From Naegleria gruberi (lineage: Eukaryota), in assembly GCA_000004985.1 (NCBI GenBank), contig GG738856.1: a stretch of 64,000 bases of DNA; one strand, written 5' to 3'. A program made the translations under genes and the position numbers. This document shows positions 11,317 to 22,467 of the stretch, piece after piece. The notes beneath the pieces are model-generated. The model was not told the DNA's origin. It worked only from the letters and a program-made list of their open reading frames with translations, and searched no databases. The first letter of the stretch is position 1. Each line of letters starts with the position of its first letter.

Positions 11317-11532
11317 ATTGTTAATTATTTGTTTCAGAAATATTCATGTTACATGTACAAAGACTAGTTTTATGAATTTATTTGAAAATTAGTTTTCAAA
11401 CCTCCAAGCTAGAAGGTTCCATAAAACAATCTCTTCAATATATTTTTCACTTTCCGAATCCTTCGAATCTTTCACATGTCATCAAGTCACTTCCCCAATT
11501 TCACATCATTTCAAAAAAAACATTAAAAAAAA

Positions 11533-14500
11533 ATGTCTTCTACATGGAAACGTGTCCCTGAAAACACTCTCGGCACCGTCCTCTACTCACGTGCCAGTGA
11601 AGGTCGTTACCAAATTACACTCAACAAGGGAGATCGTGTTCGTGTGCAGGCAAAGAAAGATGGTTGGTTGTTGGTTGAGTTGATTGATCCATTTGAAGAG
11701 CAACAAGAATTGGTATCACCTAGAGGAGGTGTGTCTAATACTTCATCACCTACTGCTATTTCGAATAGTACTTCGTCTTCTTCGGATAATTTGGAAGGTG
11801 CTAGAAAATTTTCTATTCGAAAGGCATCAGTTGCGCCATCAACACAAACAACTAATCCACAACAACCAACAAGTAGAGTTTCGGCTGCTGCCTCTAAATT
11901 TGGTGGAACTACAACTCCTCCACCAAGACCTTCGAGACCAAATCCAAAATCTGCTGCTGCTTCGTCTCAACAAATATCCGAAAGTGATTCTCCTTCATTG
12001 GAACAGAAAAAATCACAACTTTTGAAACATATTGTTAGAATTGGTATCTATCCAGAGGTTTTAATTCGATTGGATTCTGATCAATCTTCACCAACTGCTC
12101 AAAATGAAAAGAGCAGAAAATTGCCAACTTTTGAACAAGCTGTCGAATTTTCTGAAAATCCATTGGCTCGTGAAATTTTGCAAGTTATTAGAGAATGGTC
12201 AAGTGAATTGATTAAATTAAAGAATGAGAATATGATGGAAGAATATTATGCAGTAAAACGTCAAATGGCAATTTTAGTTGGTTTGAGAAAGAAGATTACA
12301 GATTACAATTTCCAAAAAGATGCAGATGAGAATCAAAAAGAAGAAATTAGTCAAAAGGTCATTAAGGTTATTGAAGAGGGTTCTAGAAAGTTGAATTTGG
12401 ATTTGATTGTTCGTGTGAATGATGGTCCACAAAAAGGTCAACGTGCCAATGAATCCAACACTTCAGTTATTGATCTTTTTAATCAATATATGGATGTACA
12501 AGATAAGGAAGATATTGCAAAGAGAAATCGTAAAGTTCGTGAAGAATTGAAACATTTGAGATCTCAATTCCTTTCAAATCAATCAAAGAATAACGCAACC
12601 ACTCAACTTGAACAATTACAAAAGAAGGAAAATGATTTGGTTTTGAAATTGGATTCAAACTTCCCAATTAATGATCCACTCCAACGTGCAAGATTGAGAC
12701 ATGAACTTCCACGTGGAAATGTTCATCTCCTTCTCAATGTCGAAGCTTGTATGTTCACATTCGGTGAGGATGCTGAAATTTTCTTCTCCGTTTACAATTA
12801 CACTGAAAAGAGATACATTACAGAAGATTTTGCTTATCCTGTCACTCCACTAGGTATGCCACGTGACACTCGTCTCATTACCAACACAAAAACACTCTTT
12901 GCCGATATTTCCGAATCTCAATACCTTCAAGAATTGTATTTGGTTGTGAAAATCTATCGTAAAGGTAAAATGTTATTCGACATGAAGGCCAACACTAAAA
13001 AAACAGGTCTTCCTCCTATGGGTAGTGGAATGATGATGGCTAGTGCCTCAGCTGACGATATTGAAGAAGAAACCAGTTATAGAAGACCATTCTGTTGTAC
13101 ATTAATGCCAATTACTCCAGAAGTTATTGCAGAACACATGATGGATGAGAGAGAATTCCAACCTGGTACACTAGTTCTCTACACCACTCCAAAGGAAGAT
13201 TTATTCTCCAAATTGCCAGATATTATTATTGAAGGAGGTGGTCCAATTGAAAGAATTCCACAAGATAAGGCCATTGGTATTGGTATCTCATTGAAATTAT
13301 TCAACAAACCACTCGATAAGGTCTTGGAAGAAAATAAGGATACTCTCTCAATGCAATCTCAATGCTGTATTACAAAGTGTATAGATTTGCCAACTAGTTT
13401 CCATCCAAAAATTGATAGAAATGACATGTATATTACATTCACTAGAGGTAAATTCCTTGAAACTCGTAACGTCAAGATTATGACAAAGGTTTATTCAAAC
13501 TCTACAAAGAATACTATTCAATGTATTGATAGATATCAATGTCTATTCAAAACACCATTCACACACTATCACAGTTCAATTCTCTATCACGTTCCAAATC
13601 CTAATTGGAATGAAACATTCAAAATGTCGCTCTCTCAAGAAGCTCTCCTCAATTCAGTCCTCGTTATCATGCTCTCCAACTGTACTGCCAAGAAGAAGCA
13701 ACTGACTGAAAGATTCGGTGTTGCCTTCTTGAATTTGAAGGATGATTTGGGTATGGTTTCAAAGGGTGAAAATGACACTGGAATAATTCACGTTCCAGTT
13801 CACAAATACATCAAGGATATGGAAAAGAATATTTTCGAATATGTCAACTCCCCATCCAAGTTGGCACCTACCAAGGATTACATTGTTATCAAACTCAAAC
13901 TTTCCTCCACTCAAATGACACAAGATGCAACTCTTGATACTTTCATTCGTTGGGAAACCAAACAATATCCAACTCGTTTGATTTTGGATAACTTCAGCAA
14001 GCTTCCACTCTCAACAATTGCTCCATACTGCAAAGTTGTTTGCAATACCTTGTTTGATATTCTCACCAGAAAGAACGATTCAGAAACTTCCAAGTCAGTA
14101 TTCGAAACATTGCTTTCTCTTGCCAACAAATTGGTTCTTCCAGAAAATGCCGAACATCTTGCCATGTTTAAACAATATATTGCTGATTGTTTCGAACACA
14201 GTGATCCAGAAATTCACAAATGCTTCCTCGAATGTCTCATTTCCAATTTGGAGAACTTTGACGAAGAGGATGCCAAGGAAAGTTCTGAACAAGATGCTGT
14301 CAGAGATAAGGTAAAGACTGTTGTTACCATTGTAAAGGAAACTCTCCTGGGATTGCCACTCGTTTTGCTCTTCATTACAAAGAATAGAAGAAATTATGAA
14401 AAGGAAAATCTCAAAGGAGGTCTCTCCAATGAGGATTACTTCAAGACTGTGAAGGAAGTTTTTGAAAAGATTAGTAGAGTCATTTCAATTACATCTTGTC

Positions 14501-17448
14501 AAAAACTCTTTGATGCTCAAGATCAATTGATCAAATTATTGTCACCTTTCATTTTGAATGTTAATGAAGAGTTCCCAACTGCTAAGAAGACTAATATTGC
14601 CACATTGGTTAAAGATTTTATTGAATCCATTCCAAATACAGGTAGATTGGACACAGTTGAAGGAAAATTAGGTCTCATTCGTCAATGCTGTTCATCAGAC
14701 CTTCTCAAATCAAGAGAAACAAGAACTGTCATTTTGCCAATGATTTTGAATCAAGTTGAAAAGCAAAAAGCTGTTTCAAACTCATTGAGTAGACGTGTCT
14801 GTTCTGGAATTTTGGCTGACGTCTTGGCTACCATTCAAAGGGCTCTCGTTCAAAGAAATGACAGTTATACAGAAGTTAAGAAGGACATGTATCTCTTCTT
14901 GACTAAATTGCCATACATTAGAACAATGTTTAATGAACTTGCCAGAGAAAGTGAAGAAGCAGAAGGAAGAATTTCAAGATTTGGCAAACGTGACGATTTG
15001 GAATCCTTCCAAGAACACAGAGAATACGAAAGAATTCAACAAACCAGAGCTCAACTCTTCTCAGTTGTCTTGTGTATCTTCTACTTGACTGATTTTGACA
15101 TGATTCAAGAATATTTCCAACGTGACTTTACCGATGATGAAAAACTCCTCATTCAACAATACAAGGATGAAGATTTACATGAATTGGCCCACACCGATCA
15201 CTCCAAAGAAACTGGTATGAAGAGAAAGGTCCTTCCAAAGGAAGATGCTGCTTCTAGAGTGAAAGCTAAGAGAGTTTCTGATATTTTCGAATTGATTGAA
15301 TCAATGATTGATCATTCTCCAATTCCAGAATATTGGATTGCCTTCAACGTCTTTGCCTATCACAGTATTATGAAAACTATTGAAAACTTTTCAGAATATT
15401 TACAAAAACACCATGTCAGGACTTTCGATCCAAAGTTGTGGAATCGTTTATTCGATTTGTACTATAGATTTGCATTGTGTCCACGTTTGCAAATTGAAAA
15501 ATTCTCACTTTCCAAGCAAACCAAGTTTAATTTACATGGTGATTTGAGAGTTGACTGTGTCATCTTATTCAGAAAGGTATTCGAAAGTTTGTCAACTGAA
15601 CACCAATATTACTTTGTTCCTGATTTGATTGATAGAGTTTTGAGACTTGCTGCTTCAATTCCAAAACAAGAAATTTACGTTCAAACTCTTAATATTTATT
15701 ATAACATTCTCAAATTGGAATTCCAATCTGAAAAGAGTTTGAAACATACTCAAGGTTTGACAGCTGTTGTTTTCGATGAATTTATTGTCAATGATCGTCT
15801 CACAGATGATAAATTCAAGGAATTCTTCGTTGAAGTTTTGGATGAACGTTTCGAAAAGGACGAACTCTTAAAGACCGATGGTAAACAATTCATGAACCAC
15901 ACCAAGAGATTTATGGAACTCGTTGCCTCTGTCAAACGTTTCACTGATGACCAGGAAGATCAAAAGACAAGTGCCTTACTCCGTGTCATGCAATACGTTG
16001 CCTCCACTCAACAGGAAGAAATCTACTTCAAGTACATTCACATGCTTGCAAAGAATCATGAAATCAACTCTAATTTCATTGAAGCTGGTATGTCCATTTT
16101 GAGACATGCTGAAAAGTTGTCATTCACTGTTGCCAATCCAAAACTCTTGCCAGCTCTCTCACAAGAATATCCAGAGGAACCTGAATTCAGAAGAAAGGAG
16201 AAACTCTACCATCAAGCCATGCGTTACTTTGATTTGGGTAAGGATTGGGAAAGAGCTATCAAACTCTCACGTGAATTGGCACCAATTTATGAAACTCAAA
16301 CTTTCGAATATAAGAAATTGGCCGAACTTCTCAAATCTCAAAGTGAATGGTTCTCCAAGATCTTTGATCAGAAACGTTTCTTTGCCTCCTACTTCTTTGT
16401 TGGATACTATGGTAAAGGATTCGAACCATACGGTTTGCAAAATAAGGAATATGTCTATAGAGGAAATGAAGCTGAACGTTTGGTTGATTTTACTGAGAGA
16501 ATTACTAAGAGATTCCCTAATGCTGAAATGTTGCAACCTTTGGAAGATGCCCCAGAGGAGAAGAAACAAGCCGATGGACAATACATTCGTATCATTACTG
16601 TCTATCCATCCTCATATAAGGAAATTGAAACCAAGTGCACAACTGTTGCTAGAGAAATGACTGTCTCTAAGAATATTACCTCCTACGAATCATTCAATGA
16701 TATTAAGGTATTCAAGATGAGTAAGACCTATAAGGGACATCCAAAGGATAAGAAGATTAATGAAATTCGTGACTTGTTCACCGATTTCATTTTCTTCATT
16801 ATTGATAGTAATCAAGAATCAGCACCATCTCACCATGAAACTTCATTCCGTAAGAGTATTTCCTACATTAAACCAATGCCAATGGTTAAACCATCAACAG
16901 CAGCAAGTGGTGTTGGATCCGCTTCAGCTGAAGATGTGGAAATTATGATGACTGGTGATGCCTTTCCAACTATTGTACGTAGAAAGAATATCATTTCACG
17001 TAAGCAAGCAGTCTTGAATCCAATCGAAAATGCCATCAAGAATATTGAAGATAAGAATGTAGATCTCAATGAACTTGTTCTCAATCACATGGTAGATACC
17101 AAGCCAGATACTAAACAATTATCCATGTCTTTGAACGGTACCATTGACGCTGCTGTTCATGGTGGTATCAATAAGTATATTGATGCATTCTTTGTTCCTG
17201 ATTGGATCCAAGAAAATCCACAAGAAATTCACAATGTTAAGAGATTACAACGTGCTCTTGCAGTTCAATTGGAAGTTCTTGAAAAGGGTTTAGAAATGTA
17301 TCGTAAATTTGGTTCTGCTCAAACAAAGGCTCACGTCGATCACTTGTGTGTCATGCACAACAATATGAAAGAACAATTGGCTGAAACTATTTCATTCGAT
17401 TATGCCTATTACTTGACTGAGGAGTACAAAAAGAAAGCAAAGGAATAA
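11533..17448 (+). CDS. DOCK-family Rac/Cdc42 guanine-nucleotide exchange factor (DOCK180-like, N-terminal SH3, DHR-1/DHR-2)
   Basis: 1971-aa uninterrupted ORF. N-terminal SH3-like segment (RVRVQAKKDGWLLVELI). Central C2-like DHR-1 and C-terminal DHR-2 similarity. Size and layout typical of Dock proteins. Confidence 0.8.
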   Translation: MSSTWKRVPENTLGTVLYSRASEGRYQITLNKGDRVRVQAKKDGWLLVELIDPFEEQQELVSPRGGVSNTSSPTAISNSTSSSSDNLEGARKFSIRKASVAPSTQTTNPQQPTSRVSAAASKFGGTTTPPPRPSRPNPKSAAASSQQISESDSPSLEQKKSQLLKHIVRIGIYPEVLIRLDSDQSSPTAQNEKSRKLPTFEQAVEFSENPLAREILQVIREWSSELIKLKNENMMEEYYAVKRQMAILVGLRKKITDYNFQKDADENQKEEISQKVIKVIEEGSRKLNLDLIVRVNDGPQKGQRANESNTSVIDLFNQYMDVQDKEDIAKRNRKVREELKHLRSQFLSNQSKNNATTQLEQLQKKENDLVLKLDSNFPINDPLQRARLRHELPRGNVHLLLNVEACMFTFGEDAEIFFSVYNYTEKRYITEDFAYPVTPLGMPRDTRLITNTKTLFADISESQYLQELYLVVKIYRKGKMLFDMKANTKKTGLPPMGSGMMMASASADDIEEETSYRRPFCCTLMPITPEVIAEHMMDEREFQPGTLVLYTTPKEDLFSKLPDIIIEGGGPIERIPQDKAIGIGISLKLFNKPLDKVLEENKDTLSMQSQCCITKCIDLPTSFHPKIDRNDMYITFTRGKFLETRNVKIMTKVYSNSTKNTIQCIDRYQCLFKTPFTHYHSSILYHVPNPNWNETFKMSLSQEALLNSVLVIMLSNCTAKKKQLTERFGVAFLNLKDDLGMVSKGENDTGIIHVPVHKYIKDMEKNIFEYVNSPSKLAPTKDYIVIKLKLSSTQMTQDATLDTFIRWETKQYPTRLILDNFSKLPLSTIAPYCKVVCNTLFDILTRKNDSETSKSVFETLLSLANKLVLPENAEHLAMFKQYIADCFEHSDPEIHKCFLECLISNLENFDEEDAKESSEQDAVRDKVKTVVTIVKETLLGLPLVLLFITKNRRNYEKENLKGGLSNEDYFKTVKEVFEKISRVISITSCQKLFDAQDQLIKLLSPFILNVNEEFPTAKKTNIATLVKDFIESIPNTGRLDTVEGKLGLIRQCCSSDLLKSRETRTVILPMILNQVEKQKAVSNSLSRRVCSGILADVLATIQRALVQRNDSYTEVKKDMYLFLTKLPYIRTMFNELARESEEAEGRISRFGKRDDLESFQEHREYERIQQTRAQLFSVVLCIFYLTDFDMIQEYFQRDFTDDEKLLIQQYKDEDLHELAHTDHSKETGMKRKVLPKEDAASRVKAKRVSDIFELIESMIDHSPIPEYWIAFNVFAYHSIMKTIENFSEYLQKHHVRTFDPKLWNRLFDLYYRFALCPRLQIEKFSLSKQTKFNLHGDLRVDCVILFRKVFESLSTEHQYYFVPDLIDRVLRLAASIPKQEIYVQTLNIYYNILKLEFQSEKSLKHTQGLTAVVFDEFIVNDRLTDDKFKEFFVEVLDERFEKDELLKTDGKQFMNHTKRFMELVASVKRFTDDQEDQKTSALLRVMQYVASTQQEEIYFKYIHMLAKNHEINSNFIEAGMSILRHAEKLSFTVANPKLLPALSQEYPEEPEFRRKEKLYHQAMRYFDLGKDWERAIKLSRELAPIYETQTFEYKKLAELLKSQSEWFSKIFDQKRFFASYFFVGYYGKGFEPYGLQNKEYVYRGNEAERLVDFTERITKRFPNAEMLQPLEDAPEEKKQADGQYIRIITVYPSSYKEIETKCTTVAREMTVSKNITSYESFNDIKVFKMSKTYKGHPKDKKINEIRDLFTDFIFFIIDSNQESAPSHHETSFRKSISYIKPMPMVKPSTAASGVGSASAEDVEIMMTGDAFPTIVRRKNIISRKQAVLNPIENAIKNIEDKNVDLNELVLNHMVDTKPDTKQLSMSLNGTIDAAVHGGINKYIDAFFVPDWIQENPQEIHNVKRLQRALAVQLEVLEKGLEMYRKFGSAQTKAHVDHLCVMHNNMKEQLAETISFDYAYYLTEEYKKKAKE

Positions 17449-17568
17449 GCAACTGGACGATTCGGAAGCTGTGTAATAAAAGTTTCAAAATTATACCAAT
17501 CAATTGTACTTTTATTAAGGTAAAGAGAGTAAAAAAGTAGATTTAGAAGTTAATTAACTTAGGTTTAG

Positions 17569-19799
17569 TTACCTCTTTGCAGGTTCTCGAGGTTTTGTTT
17601 GTTTGGGGAGCTTTCTTTTCATTTGATAAGTAACTGTTGTGCTACCAACTGAGGGAGATGATATCTCATTTCTCCTTATCATTCCTTGATCGTATTGCTC
17701 CATTCTATGGACATTATTTACATCAGAGTTAAAGATATTCGCTAAGGAAGGATTCTTCTTGGCAAATTGGGATTGAGTTTGGGGTCTGCTACTGTTTTGG
17801 AAGGTAATAATGGTAGGTTGAGGTTTGGAAAGATTATTGGATTTAGAATCATTCTCAAGAATGATGAGTTTGTTGAAGGAGGAAGGCATTGCCGTTTGAG
17901 CTCTATCGCTCGATTGGTCAACCTTGATTTTTTGAATCAAAGGTTTAGGATTATTATTTGAAGTAGAAACAACATTTGAATTGTGTTGTTGGTTATTTGG
18001 ATTAGGTCTGAAGCCACCTGTAAAGTGCTGGTTATGACGTACTGGAAATTGTTTTTGAGGATGTTGTTGCTGTTGTTGAATTTCCAGATTCCTAGAGCTG
18101 TTTTCTCGAGAGAATATTTCTTGTGGCATTTGGGGCATTGAAGGTTTTTCATGTGCCTTAATTAACATGCCATTAGGAGCCAGGTTAAAGTAGCTGCTGT
18201 TTCTTCTCGGTTTTGGATGAAATGGGCTGATTAATACTGCATGATTCAATTCTTGACGTTTTTCTTGTCGGTCCCTTACTGTTGGAGTGCCTAGTTTGAG
18301 TATTTGTCTCGAATTTGATGATGAGGAGCTTGCAGTTGAAACTGCCGAATATGGGGTGAAAGCTCTATCTTGATCAGAGTCTCCCTCATCTATATCTTCC
18401 AACTCGTCAATTAATTTATCATGATTTCCGTAATTATCATTAATATACACAACATCTACATTAGTTTTGTCATTTCCTCGCTTCTTCTTATCCACATTTT
18501 CCTCAATCAAATATTGTTTAAAACAAGACATGATCTTTGGAACAACTGATTTCCATATTGAATCAAAAACTTCCCACTGTGCTTCATAGAAAACAGCTGA
18601 TTGAGCTTCAATTGGAGGGAATCCCTTGTTGAGCTGCACCTTGATCCTCTCTGCGAACTGAATGGATTGAGGGCTCTGTGGGGTTTCTCTAGGTGTTTTC
18701 TTCTTGTTAGCTCGGAAATTGGGAGTTGATTTGTTCAAAAAGGAGTCAGTTCCAAGAGGGTGTGGCAATTTCTTCTGAGCAATATCCATCACCAGAGTCT
18801 CCTCATAATCACCATCCTCTGCTATCACCTCTTCTACTTGCCCTCCAAAAGGACTCATTGTATTTGAGGGTGAAATGATTGGTTCTTGACTTTTATGAAT
18901 TACATCAAAACTGGAATCAGGCCTCACTCCCTCAATCGCTGTCGAAGAAACAAGAAAATGTGGAAACTTGGTTGACCACTGAGTGGCTATTTTCTCCATT
19001 GTTAACTGTTCCGTATTATTCTCTTTCAGTCTATTTTTCCTCTTATTTCTATTAGTTGTTGATGATGGTTTTGTCTTGGGTGATGCCTGTTTGTTGGAGG
19101 GCGAGAAACCATATAACTTTTCATCCAATTCATCAAGTACTGTTTTCAGTTTTTCTTCTGCTTCATTTTCCAAATCCTATTTTCTATTATGAGAGCTTGT
19201 TCGTGATTAAAACTTACAAATATGAATTCAAATGATGATTGCTCGGATCCAGCACTGTAATCGTGAAAGTTTGTATTAATTGTAGAAAATTCTGATGATG
19301 TTTGTGTTTTTGAACTACCATGAAAGAAGTTGCCTGAGGTTGGAGGATTGGTTGTTGAAGGAGAAAAGGTAGAGTCTCCATGCCTTTCAGATGTTGATGG
19401 TGATGATCGAGAGCTTTCGCAATCCTCTCCAACCAAAGACATATCAATTACTAAGGAATCCGTTGACTTGTACTTTTCATAGGATTGTCGTAACCTAGAT
19501 AGAGGTTGTTCCTGACTTTCCATAAATCTAACCTCTCTATGACCAGCTATCCGTTTAATACTCTCAAAAGATCCTCTCAATTCAACCACACTATTCGACG
19601 ATTTTGTCAAAGTTCCCTTGCTGTTATTCATTGTATTATTATTACTAGAATAATTATTGTTCATAATTAAGTGATGAATCTGTTGATGTTGTTGCTGCTG
19701 TTGTTGATGAGTAAATGTTGTTGTTGGAGCCTGCTGATGATGACTCGCAAAGCCTATCAGTGGAGGAGAGAAACCATCCCTCGTAAGGCTCTGTATCAT
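17569..19799 (-). CDS. Hypothetical low-complexity (Q/N/S-rich) protein; exons 19218..19799 and 17569..19176, intron 19177..19217
   Basis: The two ORF-track ORFs join in frame across a 41-nt GTAAGT...AATAG intron (..FEFIF|DLENEAEEKL..). Poly-Q N-terminus. No domain recognised. Confidence 0.45.
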
Positions 19800-20282
19800 T
19801 TTTTATAGTAGTGTGATGATTGTTGTTGTTTGGCGCCAAAAAAAATACGTTGAACAAAAACTGTAAAACACAAAGTACAACAACAATTGGAAAAGAAGGT
19901 GCTGATGATGAGTTGAATATTTAGTGTTGTGGCATCACGCCAAGTCTTAATGCTATATAGATATGCCGAATGGATGTACCTGATTATTCTTTTCGGTTAT
20001 GATTCGATATCTTTGTTGCAAATGGATAAGGATAAAACCTCCTATTAAGGATAAGGATGCCTCTATTTTACAGCTTATTTATATTTGTTAATTGAAACCA
20101 ATTCAAACAAAGCATGAGCATGAACTTTGTTTTGCTCAACGCAATATATATAAAAGTAATAATAACTAGAATATATTTTGAAAGTGTGAATTATTTCCTC
20201 ACCATAAAGAATAATGCTCTGTTTGAGGGATGATAATGATTCACAACAATATCTGATAAATTATTTCAAAAATGGCTTAATG

Positions 20283-21206
20283 TTACCAGCTTTCAATTGT
20301 AGAAATCCAACCATGATCATTTAGAAATTTGAATTGTGAATCACATTCAAACTCTTCAGTGAAGTGTGATAACCATTTAGTTTTGTCAATGGCCACCAAT
20401 TCTGCAGCAGTTTTATATTTTCCATCATGTAATTGATAGGGCATTTGGAAATAGGCCAAAACTATAGCTTGAATATCCTTTCGAAAGCATCTCTTGAAAT
20501 ATTCCTTCCAAATTTTGACATTTGGTTCCAATTTATCATTTGACATTTTTTTCCATGCTTGGAGGAATGGACTGGCAATTCTCAACGAGTTGGAGGTATA
20601 TTTCAAAAATATAAATCTGCAAATTGGTAGGAAAAAGTAATTGGTAGCATGAGGGAAATGTTTAAATAAATAGAATGGGTCATATTCCATTAAATATCTA
20701 TTCGAAAGAGGATCTCTGCAAAGATAATAATTTTCAAGTAATAAATGCTTAAAATCCTCGAAATACCTTGGTCTTGCATGGAATTTCTCTAACATACCCG
20801 AACGATTTCTTTCCAAATCTTTCAAAATATAATAATGTTGCTGTTTACGAATGACTTTCATCAAAATTGTCGTTCTATTTTCAATGCAATTATTCTTTCC
20901 AACTTTTTCAAAATCATCGCTCAATTCCATGAAAGAATTATTCTTGAATTGTTTCCTCTTTGTCTTACTCAAGTTTCGTCTTAGATTTTGAAGATATTTC
21001 AATTGGATCATCCACACCCTGTAGGCTTCCGAACTTTTCAAAAATTCATAAACTAGTGATGAGGAAATCAGCAAATTACGTAAATCATCCAAATTGCAAT
21101 ACGAATAAATATCCAATATTAACTCTGTGGGGAGAGAAATTATACTGATCGTCATCTCGGAATTATTTTGTGATGATGAATGTTCAATAGCATCTTGTTG
21201 AGACAT
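20283..21206 (-). CDS. F-box domain protein
   Basis: N-terminal LPTELILDIYSYCNLDDLRNLLISSS is an F-box-like motif. 307 aa, ATG at 21206. Confidence 0.5.
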   Translation of the reverse strand: MSQQDAIEHSSSQNNSEMTISIISLPTELILDIYSYCNLDDLRNLLISSSLVYEFLKSSEAYRVWMIQLKYLQNLRRNLSKTKRKQFKNNSFMELSDDFEKVGKNNCIENRTTILMKVIRKQQHYYILKDLERNRSGMLEKFHARPRYFEDFKHLLLENYYLCRDPLSNRYLMEYDPFYLFKHFPHATNYFFLPICRFIFLKYTSNSLRIASPFLQAWKKMSNDKLEPNVKIWKEYFKRCFRKDIQAIVLAYFQMPYQLHDGKYKTAAELVAIDKTKWLSHFTEEFECDSQFKFLNDHGWISTIESW

Positions 21207-21299
21207 TTTTTATTGATTTTTTAAATAGATAGATGAAATATAAATACCAACAATTGAAATAAGAATAATATTATTGGAGAGTTGTTTGATCATGATAAT

Positions 21300-22065
21300 T
21301 TATTCAAAAAGCTTTGGCCAAACCTTGACAATTTGTGTAATAACTTGAATGACTGGAATTCCTTCATTTGGTGGACCTTGTAATCCTTGTTCACAAACCC
21401 AACAAGCATTCCATCCCATATCAATAGATGCCATAATATTCTTTAAATTGTCATCAGCAAAGTAAATTTCCAATTGACCAGTAGCAACCATTTCCTTCCA
21501 ACTCAATTGATGTTGATCACATGAACCACTTGGAAGACCTGAAAGTTCAGCAGCCAATTCATAAGAGTGTGGATGAGGTTTCACAGAAAGGTCCAAATCT
21601 TCATAACAAACAACCTTATCAAAAAGTTCAGTGATTCCCAAATGATCCATCAATCTATTAGCATGTTTAGAATCAGAATTTGTGAATAAAATCAACTTGT
21701 CAATATTTGTTTTCAATTTTGAAATCATTGCATGCAATTCAACATCATTCTTGGTCACTCCATCCAATCCAAAACCCGAATGTACATAATGATAAAAAGT
21801 CAAAGGATCAACATCATATCCCTCATGAATTAATCCTCTCAGAGTTGTTCCGTGTTGTAAATATAAATTAATACTCTTTTCCATTGGATTTTCAATTGCT
21901 AAAACTTCACTCAAATATTGTGCAATACGATCCCTCACACACATTTACATTTGAACTCTTTGGATACAAACAATCATCCAAATCAAAGAAAAAATATCGG
22001 AGTGGTCGATTCTTGTTGGTGCTCTCGGAGGATGATGAAATTTCTGTGGTGGATGGTTGAGACAT
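21300..22065 (-). CDS. HAD-superfamily pyrimidine 5'-nucleotidase (SDT1-like); apparent +1 frameshift near 21936..21943
   Basis: Upstream frame encodes MSQPSTTEISSSSESTNKNRPLRYFFFDLDDCLYPKSSN, with HAD motif I DxDxC/T. It is out of frame with the downstream 214-aa ORF (RIAQYLSEVL...FTNSDSKHA...YFADD). The shift lies in a (TG)4 run. No plausible intron restores the frame. Confidence 0.55.
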
Positions 22066-22467
22066 TTTTTTTTAAAGTTGAAAAAGATTCTTGAATAATA
22101 ACCCACCACGATTTGATATATTTAAGTAATTAGTTGTTATCTATGCGTATCAGAGAATGAATTTAATTGAAGTCTGACTGGTGAAGTGTGGACCAAATTC
22201 ATAATTTGAATGTCATTGTAAAACTATCAATGTTAAACGTGAATTTTTACAATGCCAATCACATCCAAAACCTTCTTCGATTTCAAATCTTCACAACCAT
22301 GGCAATCACTGCACTAATAAGAAGAAAAACTTTAAAAAGGTTCTTTCACTTTTTAAATTTAAAAAAAAATTTAGAAAAAAATTTAACGGCTAGTTTCATT
22401 GTTTCCCTCCTTTGATATCAAACCCTTATCATCATCACACAACAATATTGATAATATTAATCTAAAG

